Counted from the stretch's first letter, positions 28,963 through 45,835 are shown. The stretch: DNA of 64,000 nt from the human T2T-CHM13v2.0 reference genome, Homo sapiens (GCF_009914755.1 NC_060933.1), one strand, 5' to 3'. Notes: generated by a model not told the origin, from the sequence alone. A program made the numbers and translations.

Positions 28963-31274
28963 CAACAACCTAGAACTAGGCCTGTGGTGAAATACCACCT
29001 AGAAATAACAAATAATTTTCTCCAAGCCATTTTAATTATAACCCTTTTAATTTCATGCATTTTTACAAATATAGCTATACCTTTTTCTAAGAAAGACTAT
29101 ATTTATCATTTACACACATAAAATATAATACATCTGTGCTACAGACATTATAGCAATTTGGGATATGGAAGAATCAAACAACTTTTCTGCCCTTGAGGAG
29201 CTCATACTTTGACAGCATAGTTGAAACCCAGGTAAAAATGAAGATCCAAACACTTCAGAAAAGGAGAATTAGAAATGCAAAGAATCTCATACAAGATTAT
29301 GAGATTCATACTACATGTAAGCATAGTAATTAAATTTAAGTTTCTTCAAATCCAAGGTCAAAAGGAAACACATCAACTCATATACTTCTCTTTGCGGAGA
29401 GGGGAAATGAGGTATATGCAAACAACATTTGTTTCACCCTGGACACAGTGAAGAATTAAATTTTTTTTTGGATAATGAATATCAAATTACATAAATTATA
29501 TTTATCATTATAAATGTAATGATCATTTAATTATAAATATAATTTATATTTATAGATAACAGGTTCATTCCTAAAGGTTTTAGACATTTACCAGAACAAA
29601 ATATAAAAGAGGGGGAAGAATAGTGTTCTAGAAGAAGGGAATAGTAAACAAACATAAATACTGAACAGTGGGATCTGTTTCAAAAGGTGCTTACAAGTTA
29701 TGTGTCTGTAAATTAGCAAGCAAACATACCTATTACATGCTAATAAGTTTGCCCATAATGGAAATTAATATAAACAGAAGATCTGAGGCTTTATTTTTAT
29801 GTGTCTGAAACTGAATTTTGAAATGCTACTTTAATATATTTAACCATACAATTTGCTATGTAACATCTATTATGATAATCACAATATTAGGATGTTTCAC
29901 TGCACTGTCTCCATTTAAAATTTAGTGAATGTGGATTACTCTTTTACATTAATTTTTGGAGCATATCAATAAAATGCCCATTGACTTCCCGGATTCAGCT
30001 GTGCCCTTCACATGATGTTGTTGTTAAGAGGCCTATTTCAGGACCTTATGAAGATCCAATGGTGAATCTCTACCAACAGTTTATGAAATCTAAATCTTAG
30101 AGTTGCAAACGTACTGTATTTCCACAGAGCACTTTGTGCAAAACGGATTGGAATCTGCTATAGTCTTACCTCTCCTTGACAGTCAATTTTGTGCCTTATT
30201 TGCAAATGTAGCACTTTGTGTGAAGCAGTTCACCAGTGATGTTACAAATCCTAATGAAGTGCTTTACCTCCTGCCAGATTTCAGTGGGGAAGGCTTTCAA
30301 ATGCATTTCCATTTATACATGCCTGCTTTTTACCCTCAGTGCACAATGAAATCCTACTGAATAATGTGCTTTATTTTCTGTTTCCTTTCTCTGGGATGTA
30401 TGTTGAAAGACAGAAAGTAGATTGGTGTTATAAATGCAAAGAGAGGAAAGCAATTAAGTCATAAAAAATGAGACAGGCTTTGCCTAATGTAGATGCATTG
30501 TTATAAATAAGATATGGGTAGAAGTCTGTAGACTTAGGGATTTCATTCTCCATACCAATGGTTTCAGTTTTCTATCAATGGTGAGACAACAAGGATTCTA
30601 TTTTCTTTCCTCCCAGCGTCTGCTAGACCTCAGAAACAACACGTTTAATCTTGTAGCATCAGTGTTTTAGAGATCTTGTTCTGTATATTTCATCTTTCTG
30701 GCCCAATGCCATCAAGGGCAGTAAAGTTCAGGCATAAAGGAAAAATGTCAAACATGATAAAAATATGTAATGATAAATATATGTAAAATAAATAAAAAGA
30801 AGAAAAATCACACACACAAAAAATCGAACAGAGCCACTTGTTTTGCTTTCAAACTATGCAGCACCAGTTAGGTTTAATAATTATAAATTTATGTCTGAAC
30901 ACATTGGAGATGAGCTTTAGTAAACTGACAGCAAAGCCGCTAACAATTATATATTTAGCTCTGATATTAATATTTCATTATTTTTTAAGTAAAGCACATG
31001 GTATCTTGATTGGTCATGAGCATAGTTTTGATTTAACTCTATCGAGCCACTAGATTCATAACTGCTTTATCGCCCACTGATAAAGTTAATACCTTGCTAT
31101 ACTAATAAAACATTATTTATACATTTTTAGAATTATCAGTATAATTTAAAAACTTACCAAGAAAGACATATACCTTTCGCTTCTGTTGCCACAAGTATAA
31201 TCAAAGTGTAATAAAAATACTGAATGCAGATTTTTAAAAAATTGGTATAAGATTATATTCTTGGTCTTCAAAGA

Positions 31275-31850
<576 letters not shown>

Positions 31851-32263
31851 TAGCTCTCTCTAGTCCTTGTTTTGGGATTCTGCAAACAAGCTTAAAAGGA
31901 ATTAAAAAAGCAATAAGCTGGGAAACACTACAATATTATTAGTTTGGCTTACTGTCCTTTTTAGAAATTGAAATTAATAAGCAAGAGGAATTATTAAGAA
32001 AACATTGGGCCAGCAAGTCATTACAATCCTCTTCCAACTTCCCATGAAAATGTCAGTGCAGCTACAAACAAAAAGTGTGAAACACACAGCAAAACTTTAA
32101 AAACTAGATATGTAAGCCATTTATTGCCATAATCTGTGAGAAATTTCATCAACTATAGAAAATGGAGTTGAATACACAAGGAAATTTATATCAAAGGATT
32201 GTTGTAAGTAAAAGATGGAAAGGGAAGTAGATTCACATGTACAAGGTACTATGGTGCTGTTAA

Positions 32264-33128
32264 TTTTTTTTTTTTTACTCTTTATTCTTATTTCAGATTC
32301 AAGGGGTAGACTTTGGGATTTCATGTGTAGGTTTCTTACATGGGTGTATTTCCTAATGCTGAGATTTGGAATAGGAATGATTCCTAATGCTGAGATTTGG
32401 AATAGGAATGATTTCATCACGCATGTAGTGAGGAATATCCAATACTTCGTTCTTCAGCCCTTGCTCCACTCCATCCCTCCTTCTCTGATAGTCCCCAATG
32501 TCTATTGTTGCCATCTTTACATCCATGAGTACCCAATGTTTAGCTCTCACTTGTAAGTGTGAACATGTGGTATTTGGTTTTCTCTTCCTGCATTAATTAA
32601 CTTACGATAATGGCCTCCATCCATGTTGCTGCAAAAGACATGATTTCATTTTTTTTCATGACTGCATAGTATCCTATGATGTATATGTACTGCATTTTCT
32701 TTATCTAACCCACTTTTGATGGGCACCTGCGTTGATTCTATGTCTTTGCTATTGTGAATAGTGCTACAATGACCATACGAGTGCATGTGTCTTTTTTTGG
32801 TAGAACAATTTATTTTCTTTTTGTTATATACCCAGGAATGGGATTACTGGGTTGAATGGTAGATCCATTTTTGTTTTTTGAGGAATCAAAACTGCTCTGC
32901 ATAGTGTCAGAACTAATTTACATTACCACCAATCGTGTATTAACCCTCCCTTTTCTCCACATCCTTGCCAGCATCTGTTTTTTTGACTTTCTAATAATAA
33001 CCATTCTGACTGCTATAAGATGGTTTCACATTGTGGCCTTGATTTGCATTTCTCTGATGATTAGTGATGTTGAACATCTTTTCATTTATTTCTTGGCCAC
33101 TTGTATGTCTTCTTTTGAAAAGTGTCTC
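32264..33128 (-). mobile_element. L1 3' end (L1PA16-17/L1PB4-like), 5'-truncated
   Basis: Poly-T, 3'UTR (gtctattgttgccatcttta), ORF2 C-terminus. Confidence 0.92.
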
Positions 33129-33353
33129 TGCTGTGGATTCTTAATCAGTTAGTCATGGCGTCTTTTTTCCACTAGGCATTTTCAGTATAGTGTGTAGTCC
33201 TTTAAGATTTCACAGGCCTACAAAATAATTGAAAAAATAAGAAAGTATTTACTTCAAAATGCAGAACTAAGAAAACAAAACTGAGAAGTTTAAAGAGTAT
33301 ATGATTAAACATTCATAAAATATTACATAACCTGAACTAATTAATTGGAACTT

Positions 33354-33359
33354 CACACA

Positions 33360-33399
<40 letters not shown>
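33354..33399 (+). repeat. (CA)n microsatellite
   Basis: Direct sequence. Confidence 0.97.
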
Positions 33400-33402
<3 letters not shown>

Positions 33403-36400
33403 CTACATGTGCTATATTTACATGTGTAGTAAGTAGAAACAGAGCCATACAGGTCTATACGTTTCTGAAAATGTCCTTGCACTGAATAAACCTTTTCCAG
33501 ACTCATAGCTCCTGACTCAGCCACCCCAAGATGTTCACATTCAATTCCTGATCTCTTTCCCTGCAGGGTCAGTATCATTCCATTTCCCAGGCCAAATAGG
33601 ACTCACAAAAGCAGAAACAAAGTCAGGTTCAGCCACCCCAAAACCTGACAGCACTGTTAACTTATTCCAACATAGAACGGGGGTGGTGCAATGGGGAAGG
33701 GTAGCTGCTGGTTCTTAGGCCGTTCCCTGATCCAAATTTCCTAGTTGCATTCCTTACTTTTGGCCACACCCACATGTGTAGTACTTAAAATTAGATTTCA
33801 ACTATGGTTTCCAGTCTAATGTCTTTTTTACTAGCTAGACCTTACTAATGTAGATTCTCTGAAAAGTTTGAGGTCTGACGTCCTATGAACTCTTGAGCTC
33901 CAGGTCCCTCAGTGTGTCCCAATTTACAGTCAGAACTAAGCTGCTATTTGAGTGGCCTGTGTACCACCAAAATCTCCTTCTTATCTGAACCTCTTTTCCT
34001 CCCCTAGATTCAGAACAATGCCCCTGAACCTCTGTTTATATCTGCGCTAGAACCCTCCAAGGATGGCTTTAAGGTTCACTTGCTGTTTCTTGGACATCTG
34101 AAGATCGTCATTCATCTAACTCCTGATGGGAGAGGATGGTCATTTTTGTTCAGGTGAACCTCTAGTCAGTTGGGCTCAAACATATTCCCAGGACAATACC
34201 AGGTCCCAGACTTTGCTTCACATGATTTACCACAAATAAACAGCTTGGTTCACTGACATTCTTAAGATTATGTGAGCTGAACTCTATTCTCTGTTTTGAT
34301 ACTTTTCTTCTATCCATTCTTCATTTTATATTGGGAGTACATTAGGCACTCTACTTTATAAAGTGAGAAGCGTATTCTTCTAATATTCCTATGAAAAGAT
34401 GAAAACACATTTGAAACACTCATATCGAAGGCTATTTTCCCCTTTGGTAATGTGATAATGTATAAATTAATTCCAAATTCATAAAAACTTACCAGGCTTG
34501 GTACTCTAGGACAACTTCCTAAATCAATGACTAGTCATTAAGAAACAAAAGTAACATTTTAAAATCCTTGAAACTCTGAGTTACCACAAGTGAAAGGGTG
34601 TAAGGAATATTGTTGTAAAATAATTTCCAGTAAAAAATAATCATTAGCTCATTTACAGAGGTGAAGCATAGGCCTTAGGTATGAACAATATTTCTCTTTT
34701 CGTTTCTCAACTGGACACTCCCTGACCCTTACCACTGCTTACATGTGGTGATCAGATAATTTACCCTTTTTCGTAGAGGGCATCCACAGTGGCTGATTAG
34801 CAGAACGTAGGTTAGAGTCTGAGGTTGTCGTTTTAGGTAGTAAAAATTAAAAGACATTTATATGCACTAAAAAACTGGATATTTTGTTAATCAGTTATTC
34901 ATTTCAGCTTAGTATTTCAATCGAAATGATCAGTTAATAAAAATTGGATAGAATACTATGCACTATGAAAGAGAACAGTAGAAAAATTATCTTACACTGA
35001 ATACTGGGAAGTTAGAGGAGGTAGCAGTTACCTTAAATTGCAGATAAAAGTAAAGTTATACAAACTTTGACTTCTGAGCCTGTTTTCTTTTTTCTTCTGC
35101 CCTTTTTTGGTTTCTATGTGGTAGAATATTTTTAAAGAAAAATCACTTTTTAAAAATGATTGATACCCTTGTACCAGTCAGTGGGTATTGAGATGAGGTA
35201 TGCTAGCCTCTGGTATTTTCTACCTCAGCAAAGAGGATATTGCTGAGATGGGTACAGTTGTAACAACTATTTCCTACATAAATGCATTTGGCGTGTCTTG
35301 AGTATATTTTTATGTTGCCAGCAAACCCATTTATCTTACGAGATTTTTAATCTTGTATGTGTATGTGTTATATAAACTGCAAGGCCATTTCAAAAACCTG
35401 TAAGCATATCTATATATATTTTTCAAGGCAGCATTATTTTCAAAAATAAAAAAATACCTTTTCTTGTACAAAAATTAATGGCAGAAATACTTCCTTTACA
35501 CAAGTTCAGAGACCAATAATTTCAGATGTGTTCAGGAGAAATAGGTGATGATGTCAGAAGAGAAATATATACACAGTTAATACATGAATAAACAAAAACA
35601 CAATAGAAAATTTTTTTGTGCATTAACAAATCATTTGGTAATTTAAGCCTTACGCACAAGGAAAGCAACATCTGTTATTTGTGATTAACATTTCTAATTA
35701 TTTCTTTTGGGGTTGATGTCTTAATGCAATGACTTTTTTCTTAATAAAATAGAAAATAAAGACCAAGGGAACAAAAAAGTAGAAAAAGAAATTTAAACTA
35801 TTTTATGTGTATTAGAAATTTAGGAGATGCATCCTCTTTAAGATAATTTTTATCTATAAGAAAACTTTTATGAAAGCAACGTTTGAAACACGTTTTCAAA
35901 TATTGTTTTGAAATAGTATATATCACTTAAAGTTTTGTTTGGCATACTGCTAAAACAATTTTTAGACATTTGTAAGCCTAAGAACAACCTATAATAGTAT
36001 CTACTATCAGCCACATTTTGGAAACAAATAACATGATTAGATATCTATACAGAGAAGGAGAATTGTTAACAACACAAATTACCCTAATTTTTCCTTATTT
36101 TAAAAAAAATCAAATATTACTGTCTTTCTGGTTTACCTTTCTTTTAGCTTTTTAAGCTTATTTTCCTTTTTATTACGTAAGATGGGCAAATATTCATTGT
36201 AGGAAGACAGGACCATTTAGAAGCAATATTGTCAAGAACAAATATTTTTTAAAACCCACAATTTTTATAATGAGCAAAAGTTGATAAGGCAAAAGCTTTC
36301 AAAAATTCACATGAAATTTTAAAGTCATATATTCTGACAGGCATAGATTTCATGTTTTGTAAGTCGAAATACTTTAATAGGGAGATTTTCTCTTTGTATT

Positions 36401-36684
36401 TCCTTTCTTTCTTTTTTGGCCCCATTTTTTCCTAGCTCAATGTGGGATTTAGTGAGACTTTCAATACCTAGTAGTTGACTAAACGATTGATGCAGTGTTC
36501 TTTGATGAATAAATAAATAAATGACATTTTAGGCATGTGACCTGCTGATTCAGAAAAGATGGAATAGTAGTATTACACTGAGAAAACAGTAGAGTAATTA
36601 CCTTACACTGAATACCGGGAAGTTAGAGAAGGTAGTGGTAAGGAAAAAGAGAAAAAGAATATGATGAGATATAAGACAGGCAAT

Positions 36685-39320
<2,636 letters not shown>

Positions 39321-39636
39321 CTATAAGATAGTTATTGCTTGTGTTCTGTGCAAATTCCAATAACATTTCGTGTGTGTGTGCACATGTGTGAAATTAAAGT
39401 TTTATTTTGCCTATCTAACTATATAAAAAAAGTCTTTAAATAGTAAATATTTCAGAACATTTACTAATTTTTTTTTCCACGGCTAAAGCAAAATGTTGAC
39501 CATGTAAAAAAATCTTTAAAGAAGTAAGTTGAAATTTAAAAGCAAATATGTTGAGAATCCATTTATCTGTATGTACAAATATACATCAAATATTTGAAAA
39601 GTAATATGGAAGATAGCAAAGAAAATGCAAGAAAAT

Positions 39637-39989
39637 TGATATGGTTTGGCTGTTTCTCCACCCATATCTCATCTTGAATTCCCATTTGTTGTGGGAAGCA
39701 CTCAGTGGGAGGTAATTGCATCATGGGGGTGGGTCTCATCATGCTGTTCTCATAATAGTGAATAAGTCTCGCAAGATCTGATGGTTTTAAAAACGGGAGT
39801 TTCCCTGCACAGGCGTTCTCTTTGCCTGCTTCTGTCCACATAAGAAGTGACTTGCTCCTCCTTGCCTTCCACCATGATTGTGAGATCTCCCCAGCCATGT
39901 GGAATTGTAAGTCCATTAACCTTTTTTCTTTTGTAAATTGCCTAGTTTCGGGTGTGTTTTTATCAGCAGTGTAAAAATGAACTAATACA
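39637..39989 (+). mobile_element. THE1B-like MaLR solo LTR
   Basis: tgatatggtttggctg ... aactaataca; TSD aaaat/agaat. Confidence 0.95.
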
Positions 39990-41231
39990 AGAATCTAGTA
40001 GTATATTACATTTACAAAAGAAGGTTGACCACTCTCTACATTCTATGGAACTTTCTGTGAGTCTGTCATTACTTCAAAATAAATGTTTTAAAAAAGCAGA
40101 ATAGACCCATTCTTCATGCACAACCTACTTCGAAGGTAAGAGACTGTCTCACTGACATTGTATACCAGCTGACACTGTTTATGATAGATATTTACACAAT
40201 AACAATTCCAATCATTGCATCTGTCCTTTATAGAAAGAAGGCTCTAACTACTGCAGAGAAATTACAAGAAAGCTAAACAGAAGAATTACTCTTCCTCTAC
40301 AAAGGAATGCAATTCAAAGTTAAAAGTTGCTATATTCATGTCTGCTTTCAATAAGTTTTGAAAAACTTGTTAAAATTGAGGACATGGACGTTGAGGACAT
40401 GAACGTTACACTGGGAATTTCTCCCTGCCCACAACTAAGCAGTGAGAATTACAATATAAATGTTCAAATACATTATAACAATACAAAGTAAAACAACACA
40501 GCTCCATAAAAATAAAACTTTTCATGGACTATAAATTCTGGGAATGGAGGGGCAAGGCATTAGGGAAACACAGATACCCTCAGGGTAGCAGGAATCAAAA
40601 CAACTTCGTGAATGACAGAGAACCGCAGTAAGACTACTATATGAATCAAGAAAGCTTAAAATGTTGGGAATGTTGACTGAATTATTGCTTATTTCAATCA
40701 GTGTGCTTGTGGTAGCAGGAGAAATCATTGCAGAGGGAGCCTGGGTCAAGTCACCCCTTGGTTGTATAACTGGAACTGGAATATTGCCAATATAACTGAG
40801 ACAGGAGCTTTTAGCCACTAATTGAATATCTGAATCTGAAAAGTCATCCACAGGGAGTGCCCACAAAGTCTCCAAAGGGGAAAGGTTAATAGAAACATCG
40901 AGGAGAAAATTTCACAAGAAAATCTTTCCACAGAATTAGACCCTGCTGATTAAATTCAAAACCTCCTGAGAAACTAAGAAGGACATCAACGATTAACATC
41001 AACTGTGATACATTAGACTTGTAGAACAACCTCAAAATGATTTTAAAATAAATTAAGTTCTGGAAGCTATAAAATAAAGGAATAATGGTCCTGATAACAA
41101 AATATAATATTGGTAGTTATCAATAAAAAGTGCACAAGCATCAGTTTACAATGCCGAGTCCAACAAACGAAATCATATGTTGTTTTAACATAAACGTAGA
41201 ACATGCAAAACATTTGAAAGTTGGCTAGGTA

Positions 41232-43327
41232 GGGGAGAGGGCAAGATGAACAACTAGCCAGATGCAACAGCACTCACTGAAAGATGGGTGTGCTTTTTAC
41301 AGATCTTCAGAGGGAAAGTACCTAGAGTGGACAGAGGGAAGACACATAAACGGGTGAAAGGAGAGAAAGCTGGGAACCCTGGACAGGGCTATGGCACACT
41401 GGGAGTCTGAACCACAGCAGCCTCAGGGGAATGGGTGAGTTGATTTGGCAAGGAACAACGTACTCTCACCATGGGCCTCTGGAGCCCCAGCAGGAGAGGA
41501 CCCCTCGACTACAACAGGCACTCAAGCTGGCAGGGAGAGCTGCTTAGAACAGTGGTAAGGACAGCAAGCCAGCTGATGTGGAGCCCAGAAGGTTCAGTGT
41601 GGAAGCACTGGTACTGGAACATGGCCAGGGACAGCCATTCCCCCTAGGTTCTACTTCCTCTCATAGAGACTTTAGCCCTAGGGGATTTCTAGAGGGCAGT
41701 CTTGCCCATCAGATGAGGCTGGTTTCACTTCAGCACACCTTGGTCTCTCCTGGGGCCCAAGCCTGGCCAAGCCTGCTTGCCAGGCACTCTTTGGTGCCCT
41801 GGCAGCCCATACCATAGCTTCTGTGCCAGTGGACCATGCCTGACTGGTGGAGAGCTCCAGTGAGGCAGCCCCTACAGCCATGCAGCAGCCTGCCCACTCC
41901 TTCCCCATACTGCAGCTTTCCACGGGCTCACAACATCCCAACATTGCTTTGTTGGCATGTCTTCAGGTGGATGGGTTTTGCTTTTTTTACCTGCCAGCAC
42001 ACAGAAGAGCAGTCTGCCTTCACCTCCTCATGACCACTGACATTGCAGATGAAGCCTTGGTGGGCATAGAGCCAGCAAACCCCACCCTCACTAGTGCACA
42101 GTCCTTGTGCTAACACTGAGCAAAGAACAGTGATCCTCTCCCAACCTGAGTGATCACTCCTGCTTGCCAGGTACAGAAAAGGCACCAGGACTTGTGCTCT
42201 CCAGTGTCACACCCCCAAACCAATACTACCTCCAGTGTGGCTATGCACAATTCTCCACAAGGGGCCCCCTATCTTTCCCAGTTGCATTGCCTCTGCCACT
42301 GTGGTGAGTGCCCACATGGAGGCAGACACTTCACCATCTGCTAGCACTCTGCCAAATTGCCACACCTCAACTTCCTCCCAGCACAGTGTAATCCAGACCT
42401 CTAGAAGCCAAAGAACAAAGTTAGGGTCCAATACAAGTCCCCCAGAGTTACAGCACACTGCCCAGGAGTTAAGAGCTGAACGTTGGCCCCCTAAAATCTT
42501 CCAGAAATGAAGCCAGTCAGCTAAATTCACCTTATACCATAATCAAACTCTCAAGGTCTTCAAATAGGATAAAAACAAAAACAACACAAAAAACCATCCA
42601 AAAGTAAACAACCTCAAAGATTGAAGGTAGATAAGCTCACATAGATGAGAAAGAATCAGTGAAATAATGGTAACAATGCAAAAAGCCAAAGTGCCTTTTT
42701 TCCTCCAAATAGGATTGCCTCTCCAGCAAGGGTTCTTAACTGGGTAGAGATGGCTGAAATGACAGCAACAGAATTCAGAAAATGGATAGGAATGAAGTTC
42801 GTTGAGGTACGGGAGTATTTTGTAACCCAATGTAAGGTAGCTAAAAATCATAATAAAACAATGCAAGAGCAGACAAACAAAACAGAAAGTATAGAAAAAA
42901 ATGTAATTGACCTGACAGAGCTAAAAAACACGGAAGAATTTCATAATTCAATCGCAAGTATTAATAGTAGAATACACCAAGTAGAGAAAAAGATCTCAGA
43001 GCTAGGAAACTGGATTTCCGAAATAAGAATGTCAAACAAGAATAGAGAAAAAAGAATAAAAAGAAATGAACAAAAGAATCATAGAAATATGGGATTATGT
43101 ATAGAGAATGAATCTACGACTGATTGGTGTACCTAAAAGAGATGGGGAGAATGGAACCAACCTCAAAAGATATTTCAGGATAACATCCATGAGAACTTTC
43201 TCAAACTAGCTAGAGATACCAACATTCAAATTAAGAAAATGCAGAAAACCCCAGTATGATACTTCACAAGAAGGCCATCCCTAAGACATAGCCATCAGAT
43301 TCTCCAAGGTTGAAATGAAAGAAAATG
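41232..43327 (+). mobile_element. Older primate L1 (L1PA13-16/L1P4-like): 5'UTR and N-terminal ORF1, truncated in mid-ORF1
   Basis: GC-richer 5'UTR starting ggggagagggcaagatg; ORF1 ATG ~42645; ORF 42750-43136 (EFRKWIGMK..NSRIHQVEKKISEL). Confidence 0.9.
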
Positions 43328-44350
43328 GATAAGAAGAATCAATATCATGAAAGTGGCCATACTGCCCAAGATAATTTATAGATTTGATGCCATCCCCATC
43401 AAGCTACCAATGACTTTCTTCACAGAATTGGAAAAAACTACTTTAAAGTTCATATGGAACCAAAAAACAGATCGCATTGCCAAGTCAATCCTAAGCCAGA
43501 AGAACAAAGCTGGAGGCATCATGGTACTGGACTTCAAACTATACTACAAGGCTACAGTAACAAAAACAGCATGGTACTGGTACCAAAACAGAGATAGTCC
43601 AATGGAACAGAACAGAGCCCTCAGAAATAATACTACACATTTACAACCACCTGATCTTTAACAAAACTGACAAAAACAAGAAATGGGGAAAGGATTCTCT
43701 ATTTAACAAATGGTGGTGGGAAAACTGGCTAGCCATATGTAGATAGCTGAAACTGGATCCCTTCCTTATACCTTATACAAAAATTAATTCAAGATGGATT
43801 AAAGACTTAAATGTTAGACCTAAAACCATAAAAACCCTAGAAGAAAACCTAGGCAATACTATTCAGGACATAGGCATGGGCAAGGACTTCACGTCTAAAA
43901 CACCAAAAGCAATGGTAACAAAAGCCAAAATTGACAAATGGGATCTAATTAAACTAAAGAACTTCTGCACAGCAAAAGAAACTACCATCAGAGTGAACAG
44001 GCAACCTACAGAATGGGAGAAAAATTTTGCAATCTACTCATCTGACAAAGGGCTAATCTACAAAGAACTCAAACAAATTTAAAAGCAAAATGCAACCACA
44101 TCAAAAAGTGGGCAAAGGATATGAACAGACACTCCTCAAAAGAAGACATTTATACAGCCAACAGACACATGAAAAAATGCTCATCATCACTGGGGCCATC
44201 AGAAAAATGCAAATCAAAACCACAATGAGATACCATCTCACACCAGTTAGAATGGCAATCATTAAAAAGTCAGGAAACAACAGGTGCTGGAGAGGATGTG
44301 GAGAAATAGGAACACTTTTACACTGTTGGTGAGGCTGTAAACTGGTTCAA
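43325..44350 (+). mobile_element. Internal 1-kb L1PA4-like ORF2 segment with no 3'UTR, poly-A or TSD
   Basis: ORFs 43347-43661, 43876-44082, 44090-44332; abrupt ends. Confidence 0.93.
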
Positions 44351-45288
44351 ATGCCAAGTTTCTCATATCAAAATTTAATTTTCATTTGAATATGTATTTT
44401 TAAATTAAATAGATATTTACAAATCAAATCTAACAACTTTGTAATAGATATTTGTTGCCTATATTATACATTATCAAGTAAATTTTATACTGGGAATGTA
44501 AGATATAGAACTATATCAAAAGTTTGATCAATGTAATCTATTAAATCAGTAGCTTAAAGGCTATAACCTGTACCTTTCAACAGAATATACAATTTAACAT
44601 TCATTCATGATTAAGATAACAAGCAAACAAAATTAAACAAAATTTCTAACTATATCAGAATAGCCAGGAACATCCTTAATTTTATAAAAGAACATTAACA
44701 TATGTATGGTAAAACTCACATTGCCATTAAAGTCAAGAAGAAGCTAAGGAAGCCCTCCTTCCCCTTTATGACACGGTATTAGAAATCAGCATTGTAGTAA
44801 GATATATAAACTGAAAAAGAAGAAATAAAATCTGTATTATTTAAAGTTAATGTGAGTATCTTCATGGGAGATCAATATAAAAATAAACTAGAAGAATATA
44901 AGAAAATTTTATCATGATTGTTGGAAACATAACTAATATGCAGTAATTAATGGCCTTATGATACACCAGCTATAAGAAATTTTTAGAATCGTGTAGAATG
45001 TATTTGATTCTTAAATGCCAAAAATTCCATATGAAACATTAAATTTTAACAGATTTTCAATATATTTGATTTTTTTTAAGGACAGGAAAGGTGACCTGAA
45101 TAAATAGAGCAAACTAGTGCATTTGGGGATTTGAATACTCAGTATATAAAAATATCATTTTTAATGATAAAAATATCACTAAAAGCTTATGAAGATCCAA
45201 AGCAATTGAGAAAAAAAAAAACACAAGATAGGGAATTGACATCATCAGATTTTAACATATACTCATATTAGGGAAAACAGTGTAATAT

Positions 45289-45835
45289 AGTAACTGAATA
45301 ACTTAGCTTCATAATGTATTTTAAAACTTTTTTTTCTTTTTTCTAGATTTTTTTTTTCAAATATACTTTGAAACTTGTTGTTTTACTCACTTCTCACTGG
45401 AAACCTCTTATGCTGTGCTAGTTTATCTAATTATATGCTTGCTTGGAAATTCCAGGGGTTAATCTTGAAGCCAACCAGGTGTGGTGACCGAGCTGTGAAT
45501 TCCTCCCCATCCAGAGATTACCTCAAGGAAGTTAATTTACAACCAGCCACTATCAAGATGGCACCACCCCACACTTCATATGAACAACAGCTCAAGATAG
45601 CCATTGGAACAAGACACCTAGAGCCCATACCCTGCACTCTCCTGCATGTTTCTCATACCAAGTTTCCCTTCTCAAACCCTTTACCTAGCCCCAAATATGT
45701 AATGATCTTTCAGAGGCAGGAGCCTAGCCATTTCTCAACTGCTAGCACTTGAATAAAGTTACTTCTCTTTCACCACACCTCACTTCTAGTGGTCTGACTT
45801 CATAGCATCAAGCAGCTGAACTTAGGTCAGTTACA
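45289..45835 (+). mobile_element. 5' LTR
   Basis: (a)gtaactgaataacttagcttc ... cagttaca; AATAAA at 45752. Confidence 0.9.

Noticed and set aside
30208-30267. Possible pre-miRNA hairpin (agcactt...aagtgct)
   Set aside because: Only about 7 bp of stem; the interior does not pair
35873-35910. Imperfect palindrome centred on tttgaaa-cacgt-tttcaaa
   Set aside because: Short and AT-rich with mismatches; compatible with chance
40400-41220. ORF 40522-40875 and surrounding sequence
   Set aside because: No recognisable protein similarity; probably a very old L1/HAL1-type remnant that I could not assign confidently
41578-42530. Cluster of overlapping ORFs in GC-richer DNA, resembling a promoter or first exon
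   Set aside because: It is the CpG-depleted 5'UTR of an L1; the ORFs reflect base composition
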